This document shows, piece after piece, positions 9,224 to 17,947 of a DNA stretch of 64,000 nucleotides. Both the position numbers and the translations under genes were made by a program. The DNA is taken from NCBI GenBank assembly GCA_965242865.1, contig CBDETK010000013.1, positions 2,400,001-2,464,000 on the forward strand, given 5' to 3'. The notes under the pieces are model-generated. The model saw only the letters and a list, made by a program, of their open reading frames with translations. It did no database searches and was not told the DNA's origin. Positions within the stretch are counted from its first letter, which is position 1. Each line of letters opens with the position of its first letter. The DNA comes from Candidatus Latescibacterota bacterium. GTDB lineage: Bacteria; Latescibacterota; UBA2968; UBA8231.

Positions 9224-10372
9224 ATGGTCGCAGAACGATACGATGTCATCGTCGCTGGGGCGGGCGGCATGGGGAGTGCCGCGCTCTACCACTTGGCGCG
9301 GCGCGGCGTGCGCGTGTGCGCTGTAGAGCGGTTTGGCATAGCCCACGACCGAGGGTCTTCGCACGGGGACACCCGCATCATTCGCAAAGCCTATATGGAG
9401 CATCCCGACTATGTGCCCTTGTTGCACCGGGCCTACGCGCTGTGGGAGGAGCTAGCGGCCGAAGGGGCCGGGGAACTCTTGGCTCGCGTCGGGCTGCTAG
9501 TCGCGGGCGATCCCAACGCAACGGCCATGCAGGGACAGGCCGCTTGTTATCAGGCCCACGACCTGCCGCACGAATCGATCGACGCGGCAGCCCTTGCCAC
9601 CTGCTACCCCAGCTTGGCCTTGCCCGCGGAGTGGAGTGGCTTTTACGATCCCTTGGGCGGTTTTCTCCGGGTCGAGGAGGGCGTCCGCCGGCATGTCGCA
9701 TTGGCCCAAAAGCACGGCGCGCAGCTCTACGCCGGGGAGGCCATGCTGTCGTGGCGGAGCGACGGCCAAGAAGTGGTAGTAGAAACCGAGCGACGGTGCT
9801 TGCACGCCGCGCGGTTGGTGCTCGCGACCGGGGCTTGGGCGGTGCCGGAACTGCGCCGGCTGGGCGTGGCGGCGCAGGTCGTCCGCAAGGTGCAGTTGTG
9901 GTATCAAGGACGCGGCTTGGCGCAGTACGCCCGCGGCGCGTTCCCCTGCTTCTTCTTTGCCGATGGCGAACAGTACTTCTATGGCTTTCCCGCTGAGCCG
10001 CCGTGGGGCCTAAAGGTGGCCGAGCACAACGTGTCGCACGACCCGGTAGCCGACCCGCTCCGCCTCAATCGCACCTTGACCGCCGACGATCAGCCCGCCG
10101 TCCTCAACGTTCTCGCACGGTTTTTCCCCGCACTGCAACCCAAGCTGAGCAGGTACGCAGCCTGCATGTATTCGCTGACGCCGGACAAGCACTTCGTCTT
10201 GGACATCCACCCCGAATGCCCGGCCGTGGTGCTCGGCGCGGGTTTTTCCGGCCACGGCTTTAAGTTCGCGCCGGTGGTGGGCGAAATTTTGGCTGAATTG
10301 GCGTTGGCAGGCGCTACCAACCATCCCATCGAATTCCTGCGTCTTTCCCGCTTTGCACAAAGGAGGTCGTAA
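9224..10372 (+). CDS. solA: N-methyl-L-tryptophan / monomeric sarcosine oxidase family
   Basis: GAGGMGSA, GSSHGDTRIIR, CMYSLTPD, GFSGHGFKF. RBS GAGGAG before ATG 9224. Confidence 0.85.
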   Translation: MVAERYDVIVAGAGGMGSAALYHLARRGVRVCAVERFGIAHDRGSSHGDTRIIRKAYMEHPDYVPLLHRAYALWEELAAEGAGELLARVGLLVAGDPNATAMQGQAACYQAHDLPHESIDAAALATCYPSLALPAEWSGFYDPLGGFLRVEEGVRRHVALAQKHGAQLYAGEAMLSWRSDGQEVVVETERRCLHAARLVLATGAWAVPELRRLGVAAQVVRKVQLWYQGRGLAQYARGAFPCFFFADGEQYFYGFPAEPPWGLKVAEHNVSHDPVADPLRLNRTLTADDQPAVLNVLARFFPALQPKLSRYAACMYSLTPDKHFVLDIHPECPAVVLGAGFSGHGFKFAPVVGEILAELALAGATNHPIEFLRLSRFAQRRS

Positions 10373-11149
10373 ATGGATTTAGGACTGAAAGACAACGTTG
10401 CGCTGATAACCGGAGGGAGTCGGGGGATTGGCCGGGCGATTGCGTTGGCGCTGGCCGCCGAGGGGTGCAAGGTGGCGATTTGCGCCCGCGACCAAGCGCC
10501 GCTCAAACGCGCATTGCAGCAGGTGCGGGCCACAGGGGCCGAAGCCATCGCCGAGGTCGCCGATGTGCGCTCGCGGTCGGAGGTGGAGGCCGTTGTTGCG
10601 CGTTGCGTGGCCGAGTGGGGCGGCGTGGACATTTTGGTCAACAATGTAGGCGGAGCGGCCGGCGGCCAGAGCCTGCTCGAAACCGCTGACGAGGACTGGG
10701 CGGAGACCTTTGACCTAAACGCGCTCCACGCCGTGCGCACGACGCGGGCGGTGCTGCCTTACATGCGGCAGCGCGGCCGAGGCGCGGTGGTGATCGTCTC
10801 GTCGATCTCGGGCTGGAAGCCCGGCCCCAAGGCCCAGTATGGCAGCGCGAAGGCCGCGGAGATTTTTCTCGCTGGTGCGCTGGCACTGGAACTGGCCGAA
10901 TGCGGGGTGCGGGTCAATGCGGTCGCGCCGGGGTCGATATTTTTCCCCGGCGGTGGGTGGGCGCGGTTTCAGGAGGAGCAACCCGACCGCTTTGCCCAGT
11001 TTGTGGACCGGGAGCTGCCCGCCGGGCGCTTGGGGACGCCCGAAGAGGTGGCAGACGTAGTGGCGTTTTTGGTGTCCGAGCGCGCCAATTGGATCAATGG
11101 AGCGATGATTTCCGTGGATGGGGCGCAGGGCCGGCCGACGGCTTTTTGA
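10373..11149 (+). CDS. SDR family oxidoreductase
   Basis: TGGSRGIG, LVNNVG, YGSAK, VNAVAPG. Confidence 0.9.
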   Translation: MDLGLKDNVALITGGSRGIGRAIALALAAEGCKVAICARDQAPLKRALQQVRATGAEAIAEVADVRSRSEVEAVVARCVAEWGGVDILVNNVGGAAGGQSLLETADEDWAETFDLNALHAVRTTRAVLPYMRQRGRGAVVIVSSISGWKPGPKAQYGSAKAAEIFLAGALALELAECGVRVNAVAPGSIFFPGGGWARFQEEQPDRFAQFVDRELPAGRLGTPEEVADVVAFLVSERANWINGAMISVDGAQGRPTAF

Positions 11150-11170
11150 CGAGCGGGTGCGCGGGCGCAA

Positions 11171-11745
11171 TCAACGCAGCAGGGTCCTCAACCGATTCAG
11201 CAGTGCTTCGGCGTGCGGACAGGCGTCTTCGACGAGGGCGGGGTCAACCCGCGCCAGCAACTCAAAAGAGACTTTGCCCTTGGCATAGCGCGTAGCGCAA
11301 TTGGCGGTGGCGCGTTTGAGCGCGTCGAGGACCGTCGCCTTGGGGACAGCTTCTAACGGTCGCCATTGCTTGAGCGCGTTCTCCCTAAACTCCGCGCCGA
11401 AATAACGCTTCAATAAATCGCGATCCGCCAAAAGCCAAGTCTCCATGACCTGCACCATCAGAAAGCCTTGGTCTGCGTCAGCGTTTGGCGGACAGTTCCA
11501 GCCATCGCGTGTTTGCAAGTGCTGCCAGACCGAGTACTCCGCCGCAACGGAACTCTCGCTGTCCACTAGGAGAAGCGGTACGCGTTTTGGGTCGGGGCCT
11601 TAATCGCCCTTGCAAAGAGATCAAAAGTTCGCTTGCGTCCGCCTCCACGCACGACTCGCGGCTTAGTCGCCCACGAGCGTCGGAAAAGGCTTTCGAGTTG
11701 CTGGTTTCCGTCTCCACCGCCTTCGATATAGATGACGGCTCTCAC
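11171..11745 (-). pseudogene. DUF4276-like (TOPRIM-like) protein, frameshifted near 11595
   Basis: GTG 11745 overlaps the ATPase stop. Reads VIYIEGGG...PRVVRGGGR, then a frame change to PLLLVDSE...MVQVMETWLLAD...YAKG. Confidence 0.7.
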
Positions 11746-12935
11746 CAGCGATTACCGCCGAGCTCTCCCGAACTCCAGAGATCGCCGAGGCTGTACTCGT
11801 GCAACCAAGTTTTCAATCTCGCGCTGTCCAACCGCTCGAACCGCGACTCACCGTTCTCCTGCTCGCACACTACGACGCTCGACGGATGGTCCGACAGCGC
11901 GTCAACCAACATGTGCGAGTGGGTAGTGACCACAATCTGCATGCGCTGAGCGGCATCGACGAGCAATTCCGCAACCTGAGCGACGACATCGGGATGAAGG
12001 CCCAACTCCGGATCCTCAATGGCGACCAAGGAAGGCGGCTCGGGATGCAGTAGAACGGCCAGCAGGCACAGGTAGCGCAGGGTGCCGTCGGACAGGCGGC
12101 TCGCCGGGATCTGACGTCCGCCCCGTTTCTCCAAGAAAAGCGACACCGTCCCACCCGTCACCGGGCAATTGACGTCCACGATGCCGTCAAAGAGTTCCTG
12201 CAACGCCGAGACAAATTTCTGCTTGTGCTCTCTCCGGAAGTGCGACAGCACGAGGGCCAAATTCGTCCCGCCTTCGCTCAGGAAATCGGAGCGGTCATGC
12301 GTACTCTGGTTCTGGCGCAACTCTGCCGCAGGACCGAATGACCAATTTCGATACAGGCAAATGCGCTCGTATTGATTCTGTAGGCCGTGCAGCGCGGGAT
12401 ACGTTTGTGCGTCGCGGACCTGAGACAGAACCGATTCCTCCGGCTTTTCTCTCTCGAGGTTAGTGAGGCCAAGCAGTTCTCCTTCATCGGAAGAAAAAGG
12501 GCGAATCCTTCTCCCTCTTATTCTTCGAGGCTCAGTCTGGCTATCGAACTTGTGAAGTCCATGATAAAGGCGATAGGAGAACTTGGTCCCCGCGCATTCA
12601 ATGCGCTCGTCAGTGACTTCAAAATGTCCACCGTGGTCGGTAAATTCCAGCACGTGTCGTAAGGGACTATCCTTCTTGGGATCGTCAACGGTGACTTCTA
12701 TCGTTGCCTTGTGAGGCGACTCGTCGCCCTTCCAGAACCATTCCCAGATTCCACCACTTCGCTTGATCAGTCTCGCCAGTTCACGCGGCGCAGCCCTCAG
12801 CAAGGCCAGCACTTCGAGCAGGTTGGATTTTCCCGCACCGTTCGGGCCGATCAGGACGTTCAGCGGTTCCATCGGCAGGTCGATCCCCTGCGGCCCGAAG
12901 GACAACAGTCCTGAGACTTTCAGTCTATGTATCAT
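11742..12935 (-). CDS. AAA_21 (AbiEii-like) ABC-type ATPase
   Basis: GPNGAGKSN Walker A, LSDGTLR signature, IEDPELGLHP Walker B, TTHS. Confidence 0.85.
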   Translation of the reverse strand: MIHRLKVSGLLSFGPQGIDLPMEPLNVLIGPNGAGKSNLLEVLALLRAAPRELARLIKRSGGIWEWFWKGDESPHKATIEVTVDDPKKDSPLRHVLEFTDHGGHFEVTDERIECAGTKFSYRLYHGLHKFDSQTEPRRIRGRRIRPFSSDEGELLGLTNLEREKPEESVLSQVRDAQTYPALHGLQNQYERICLYRNWSFGPAAELRQNQSTHDRSDFLSEGGTNLALVLSHFRREHKQKFVSALQELFDGIVDVNCPVTGGTVSLFLEKRGGRQIPASRLSDGTLRYLCLLAVLLHPEPPSLVAIEDPELGLHPDVVAQVAELLVDAAQRMQIVVTTHSHMLVDALSDHPSSVVVCEQENGESRFERLDSARLKTWLHEYSLGDLWSSGELGGNRW

Positions 12936-12984
12936 CAAGCGAAGCTACCTAACGCCATAACGAGGCATAATGCGCCCTTGCTTG

Positions 12985-15900
12985 TCATCGGATCAGGGCC
13001 ATTTTGCCCACGACGATGTGCGGTCCCGCTACCAGCCGATACAGGTACACGCCGGACGTTACGGGGTGTCCGTGTTGGTCTCGTCCGTCCCAGTAGAAGG
13101 TATGATAGCCCGCTTCCAACGCGGTGTCCACCAAGGTATGCACGACTTGCCCGGCGACATTGTATAGGGTCAGCCGGACGGGGCCGCTGGCGGGTAGCTG
13201 GACGTGTAGGGTCGTGGTCGGATTAAATGGGTTGGGGGCCGCTCGGGCGGCTAGGGCTGCGTCGGGCAAAGCGACCTTGGCCGCGGGGGCTTCTTCGGTC
13301 TGATCGCCTTCGCCTGCCGCAGTCTGCTCGTCCTCGGCGGGTGCTTCCGCAGTCTGTTCGTCTTCGCCTTCGGTCTGCTCGCCCTCGCCTTGGCCCGCCG
13401 CGGTCTGATCTTCTTCGTCGGACTCGTCTTCGTCGGGTACTTCCGCGGTCTCGGTCTCAGGTTCCTCGTCCTCGGTTTCCTCGGCGGGCTCGTCCTCGTC
13501 CTCGTCCTGTGCGGTGCCCGACGCGGCAACGACCGTTGACGAAAGGCGACTCGCTGTCTGCGCGCCAAAAGCGTCTGTATAGGACGCACGCGCCCTAAGC
13601 TTCTTCCCGACCATAGAGCTACCGACCGGCCAAGTGTACGACAGCGACCCGTTGGCCCCTTCAACCTCCGATTCCAAAACAAGCTCTTCGTCGGCAGTGC
13701 CCGACGCGGTAGTAATGGACAACCTCCACCGCAGCCCCGTAATCGGCGTGTCCGGGTCTGAAAGCGTCGCCGTCAGCCTCGAACCCGCCCGCGGCGGATC
13801 GGGCGATAAGGACACACTCCCATCGGTGTTTGTCCGCGGCGCGGCGGTCACCGTTGATGAATATGAACTGGAGGCGGTCTGTGCGCCGAAGGCGTCCGTA
13901 TAGGAAACACGGGCTTGGAGTTGCTTGCCGACCCACGAACTGCTCACCGTCCACGTTTTCGCTGGCAACCCGTTGGCGCCCTCCACGGCTTGCTCCTCCA
14001 CCCAATCGGATTGCCCTTCTGCTCCCGAAGGGGTCCGAGAATGCAAACTCCAACTCACCCCCGTAATCGGCGTGTCTGGGTCTGAAAGCGTCGCCGTGAT
14101 GGAACTACCTGCCTGTGGCGTCGTTGGCGACAGGGACACGCGGCCGGAGGTGTTGGGTTTGACGGGCGTGGCCGAAGCGGACACCGCCGCGCTGGTGCCC
14201 TGTCCGGTGACCGCATGCACCTCGAAGGAGTAGGCCGTGCCGTTGGTCAAGCTCGTCACCGTCTTGCTCGTGGCTGTGCCGGTGCTGGACCAAGAAGACC
14301 AACTGCCGCTGGACGACTTGTAGCGATACTCATAGCGGGTGACAGACGCGCAGTTGCTGCCCGATGGCGCACTCCAAGAAAGCGACACCTGCCCATTGCC
14401 CGGCGACGCCGAAAGCGACGACAGACTACACACCACCGGCGGCGGGGCCGTGATCGGCAACGACTGGTCACTCTGCGCCCGCCGACCCGACCCGTACCCG
14501 TCCGTATAGGAGGCGTACACTCGGATACTATACCCAACCTTCGTACGCGAAATGGGGATCTTCCTCGTCGCCGTGGTGGCGGTGGTGCTGCCGGTGACGG
14601 CCTCGTCTGCGGTCTCCTCGGACGCGCCGGTCGCGCCAAAATAGGCCCAACTCCACGACACCCGACGAATAGACCCATCCGCGTCCGACAGCGTGGCGGT
14701 CATCTGCCCCCCTGCTTGGGGCGGATTCGGCGACAGACTGATGCGGCCGGGCGTGTCGGGTTGCACCGGCGTGGCCGACGCCGACACCGCACGGCTGGTG
14801 CGTGGCCCGGCCACGGCGCGGCCTTCAAAGGAGTAGGCCGTGCCGTTGGTCAAGCCCGTCACCGTCTGGCTGGTGGCCGTGCCCGCACTCGTCCAACTCG
14901 ACCAACTACCCCCGGACGCCTTATAGCGATAATCGTAGCCGGTGACTGTGGCGCAGCTACTGCCCGACGGCGCATTCCAAGAAAGCGACACCTGCTGGTT
15001 GCCCGGCGACGCCGTAAACGACGACGGGCTACATACCGGCGGCTGCGGCGTGGCCTCGGCTGACGCGGCGGTCCCGTCGCCGTAGCTATTGACCGCCCGC
15101 ACCGCAAAGGAATACGCCGTGCCATTGGTCAAGCTACTCACCGTCTGGCTGGTGGCCGTGCCCGCACTCGTCCAACTCGACCAACTGTCGCCAGCGGTCT
15201 TCTTGTAGCGGGATTCGTAGCGCGTCAGCACCGCGCCGCCCAGCTTCAACGGCGCATCCCAAGAAAGCACCACCTGCCCGTTGCCAGCGACCGCATCCAA
15301 GTTTCGCGGCGCACTCGGCGGGCCGACCACTGCCGCGGTCGTGTCGCTGCGCGCCTGTTGGCCACCATGGTCATCCGTATAGGACACCGTCGCCAGAATA
15401 CGCACCCCCAAAAGCACGGCCCGCACCTGCAACGTCGATGACAACGCCGCGCTGGGCGGAGGATCGGCCCCGTTGGCCCCCGACACTCCCGACGCGCTGT
15501 GATACGACCAACTGAAGCGGACATCGGTCGGGTTATCTGGATCGGTCAACGTCGCCGTCAGATCGTCGCCTACCTGCGGCGCGGTCGTCGATAACGACAC
15601 ACGGCCCTTCGTATCCGACGGAGCTTCCGGCGTGGCCGACGCCGACACCGCACGGCTGGTGCGTGCCCCGGCCACTGTACGCACTTCAAAGGAATAGGAC
15701 TGGCCGTTGGTCAAGCTCGGCACGGTCGCGGTCGTCGCCGTGCTGGGGCTGGACCAATCCGACCAACTGCCGCCAGCCGCCTTGTAGCGGTATGAGTAGC
15801 CGGTCACCGTGGCGCAAGTGCTCCCCGATGGCGCATTCCAACTCAGGGATACCTGCTCGTTGCCCGGCGACGCCGTAAACGACGACGGACTACACACCTC

Positions 15901-16614
15901 GGTCGGCGTCGCCGCCGCCGAGGCAACCGTGCCGTCGCCGTAGCCATTGACTGCCCGCACCGCAAAGGAGTACGGAGTGCCGTTGGTCAAGTCCGTCACC
16001 GTCGCGCTCGTCGCCGTGCCGGCACTCGTCCAGTTCTCCGGCCAGCTACCGCTGGTCTTCTTGTAGCGGTACTGGTAGCTGGTGATCGCCGAGCCGCCGA
16101 TTTTCAAGGGCACTTCCCAAGCAAGCGCCACCTGCCCATCGCCGGCCGTCGCCGTAAACGTCCGCGGCGCCCACGGCGGCCCCACCACCGCCGATGTCTT
16201 GGGGCTTTGCGCCTGCTGCCGACCATAATCATCCGTATAGGACACCCGCGCCCGGATCTGCAACCCCAAATGCACTGTGCTTACCCGCAACGGCTCCGAC
16301 TGCACTGCGCTGGGCGGCGGATCGGCTCCATTGGCCCCCGACACCCCCGCCGGCAGGAAAAACGCCCAAGTAAACCCCACATCGGTCGGGTTATCCGGGT
16401 CGGTCAACGTCGCGGTCAAGTCGTCGCCGACCCGCGGCGTGGTCGTCGAGAGTGCCACACGCCCTTTGGTGTCCACCGGCAACGTCACCGTATCCGTCCG
16501 CGTCGTCGCCGACCATCCCCCGCCGTTGCGTGCCCGCACTTCAAACCGATAAGACCCCCCATCCACCAGCGGATGCCGCACCGTAAACGACCGCGTCGTT
16601 GCCGCTGTGCCCAT
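12985..16614 (-). CDS. Protease P1, C-terminal segment: FN3/Ig repeats, acidic linker, FlgD-Ig/T9SS type A-like sorting domain
   Basis: Repeated LTNGTAYSFAVRAV FN3 units and an E/D-rich linker. Ends AAK...PNPFNP...YNVAGQVV...WDGRD...SGVYLYRL. No signal peptide; continuation of the frameshifted 12985-21924 gene. Confidence 0.8.
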   Translation of the reverse strand: MGTAATTRSFTVRHPLVDGGSYRFEVRARNGGGWSATTRTDTVTLPVDTKGRVALSTTTPRVGDDLTATLTDPDNPTDVGFTWAFFLPAGVSGANGADPPPSAVQSEPLRVSTVHLGLQIRARVSYTDDYGRQQAQSPKTSAVVGPPWAPRTFTATAGDGQVALAWEVPLKIGGSAITSYQYRYKKTSGSWPENWTSAGTATSATVTDLTNGTPYSFAVRAVNGYGDGTVASAAATPTEVCSPSSFTASPGNEQVSLSWNAPSGSTCATVTGYSYRYKAAGGSWSDWSSPSTATTATVPSLTNGQSYSFEVRTVAGARTSRAVSASATPEAPSDTKGRVSLSTTAPQVGDDLTATLTDPDNPTDVRFSWSYHSASGVSGANGADPPPSAALSSTLQVRAVLLGVRILATVSYTDDHGGQQARSDTTAAVVGPPSAPRNLDAVAGNGQVVLSWDAPLKLGGAVLTRYESRYKKTAGDSWSSWTSAGTATSQTVSSLTNGTAYSFAVRAVNSYGDGTAASAEATPQPPVCSPSSFTASPGNQQVSLSWNAPSGSSCATVTGYDYRYKASGGSWSSWTSAGTATSQTVTGLTNGTAYSFEGRAVAGPRTSRAVSASATPVQPDTPGRISLSPNPPQAGGQMTATLSDADGSIRRVSWSWAYFGATGASEETADEAVTGSTTATTATRKIPISRTKVGYSIRVYASYTDGYGSGRRAQSDQSLPITAPPPVVCSLSSLSASPGNGQVSLSWSAPSGSNCASVTRYEYRYKSSSGSWSSWSSTGTATSKTVTSLTNGTAYSFEVHAVTGQGTSAAVSASATPVKPNTSGRVSLSPTTPQAGSSITATLSDPDTPITGVSWSLHSRTPSGAEGQSDWVEEQAVEGANGLPAKTWTVSSSWVGKQLQARVSYTDAFGAQTASSSYSSTVTAAPRTNTDGSVSLSPDPPRAGSRLTATLSDPDTPITGLRWRLSITTASGTADEELVLESEVEGANGSLSYTWPVGSSMVGKKLRARASYTDAFGAQTASRLSSTVVAASGTAQDEDEDEPAEETEDEEPETETAEVPDEDESDEEDQTAAGQGEGEQTEGEDEQTAEAPAEDEQTAAGEGDQTEEAPAAKVALPDAALAARAAPNPFNPTTTLHVQLPASGPVRLTLYNVAGQVVHTLVDTALEAGYHTFYWDGRDQHGHPVTSGVYLYRLVAGPHIVVGKMALIR

Positions 16615-17947
16615 GGACAGCCATCCCCCCCCACGCGGTGATCGGCTCCAAAATCTGGCCCCGCTTATACTGCCACTCGGCGATGCTGGTGTGCGTCGGC
16701 CCGGTCCACCGAAGCGTCGCCTGTCGGATGCCCGGCGTGGCCGTCAAGCCCGTGGGCGCGCCCGGTGGCGGTTGCACCCCCGCCACCCCCGGCAGCGTAT
16801 CCGACCAGGCACTCACCGTCTCGCCTACTCGCGCCCGCACTCGGTAGCGATAGCGGCGGTCGGCATCCACCCCTGGATGCACATAGGGCTGTGCGCCGTG
16901 GGCCTGCTGCGTCGTCCACGCCGAAGGCCACGACCCGCCGTCATACGGCTTGCTCTGCCCCTCCACCTCATAGCCGGTCGCCGACGCCACCGCCGACCAA
17001 GCAACCTTCAGTGCCGGACCCGCCTGCACTGAAACCGAACCGCCCGTGGGCCGAGCCAACCACGGCGTGACCGTATTGCTCACCGCCGAAGGCCGCCCGC
17101 CGCCGGCCCCATTGACCGCCCGCACTTGAAACCGATAGGCTTGACCCGCCGTCAAGCCTTCTACCGGGGCCGACCACCCCGCCACGGCACTACCGCTGAC
17201 CGTCGCGTCCTGCCAGTCCCCGTCCGTATCGGCCCCCTCCGCCGTCACATCCCGATACCGCCACTTGATGATGCTGGCGTGATCCGGCCCCGTCCACCGC
17301 AGCGTCGCCTCGCTCGCCCCGGCCTCGGCGGTAAACCCCGTCGGCGGACCCACCCCGGGCTGAACCCCCGCCAAAGGCTCCGCTGCCGACCACCCACTCT
17401 CCAACTCACCTACTCGCGCCCGCACCTGATACCGATACAGGCTATCCGGCGACACCCCCCGGTGAACATACCGCCGCTGGCCGACGACCTCAGACGCCAA
17501 TGACGTCCACGTTGAAGGCCATGTGCCGCCATCAAAGGGTTTGCTCTGCCCTTGCACCGCGTAGCCCGTCGCTGCCGCCACCGCCGACCACTCCACCCGA
17601 ACCTGCGTCCACCCCGACCGAAACGACACCTCCGACGGCGCAACCGGCACACCGACCACCGCCCGACTTGGATCACTTGCGGACATCCGTTCCGTGTTGG
17701 GATCGTGCCCATCGCGGTAGCGCACCGTCGCCTGCAACTGCCAACCCACATCGCCCGACACCGGCGTGTAGCTCGATAGCTCAGGATACGCCGAGGCCGC
17801 ACCCGACACCGACGATGAAGCCCCCGACACCCCGGCCCCAATCGCTTCCCATGTTCCCGTTGTGCCCAACCGACGCTGCCACTGCCAAGACGCCCCGGTA
17901 ATCTGCCCATCCGGATCGGTCAACCCCGCCACCACCCTCCGACCCAC
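16541..17947 (-). CDS. Protease P1, middle segment (Ig plus FN3 repeats) between two frameshifts
   Basis: Near-identical to in-frame stalk segments of paralogs P2-P4. Bounded by C6 (17960-17965) and C8 (16625-16632) runs that are C7 in P2. Confidence 0.7.
   Translation of the reverse strand: MGRRVVAGLTDPDGQITGASWQWQRRLGTTGTWEAIGAGVSGASSSVSGAASAYPELSSYTPVSGDVGWQLQATVRYRDGHDPNTERMSASDPSRAVVGVPVAPSEVSFRSGWTQVRVEWSAVAAATGYAVQGQSKPFDGGTWPSTWTSLASEVVGQRRYVHRGVSPDSLYRYQVRARVGELESGWSAAEPLAGVQPGVGPPTGFTAEAGASEATLRWTGPDHASIIKWRYRDVTAEGADTDGDWQDATVSGSAVAGWSAPVEGLTAGQAYRFQVRAVNGAGGGRPSAVSNTVTPWLARPTGGSVSVQAGPALKVAWSAVASATGYEVEGQSKPYDGGSWPSAWTTQQAHGAQPYVHPGVDADRRYRYRVRARVGETVSAWSDTLPGVAGVQPPPGAPTGLTATPGIRQATLRWTGPTHTSIAEWQYKRGQILEPITAWGGMAVHGHSGNDAVVYGAASAGGWGVLSV

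Noticed and set aside
4071-9427. ORF-track long starts (5060, 8690, 9092) and the 8534-9427 ORF
   Set aside because: They overlap neighbouring genes or lack an RBS; downstream starts fit the family N-termini better.
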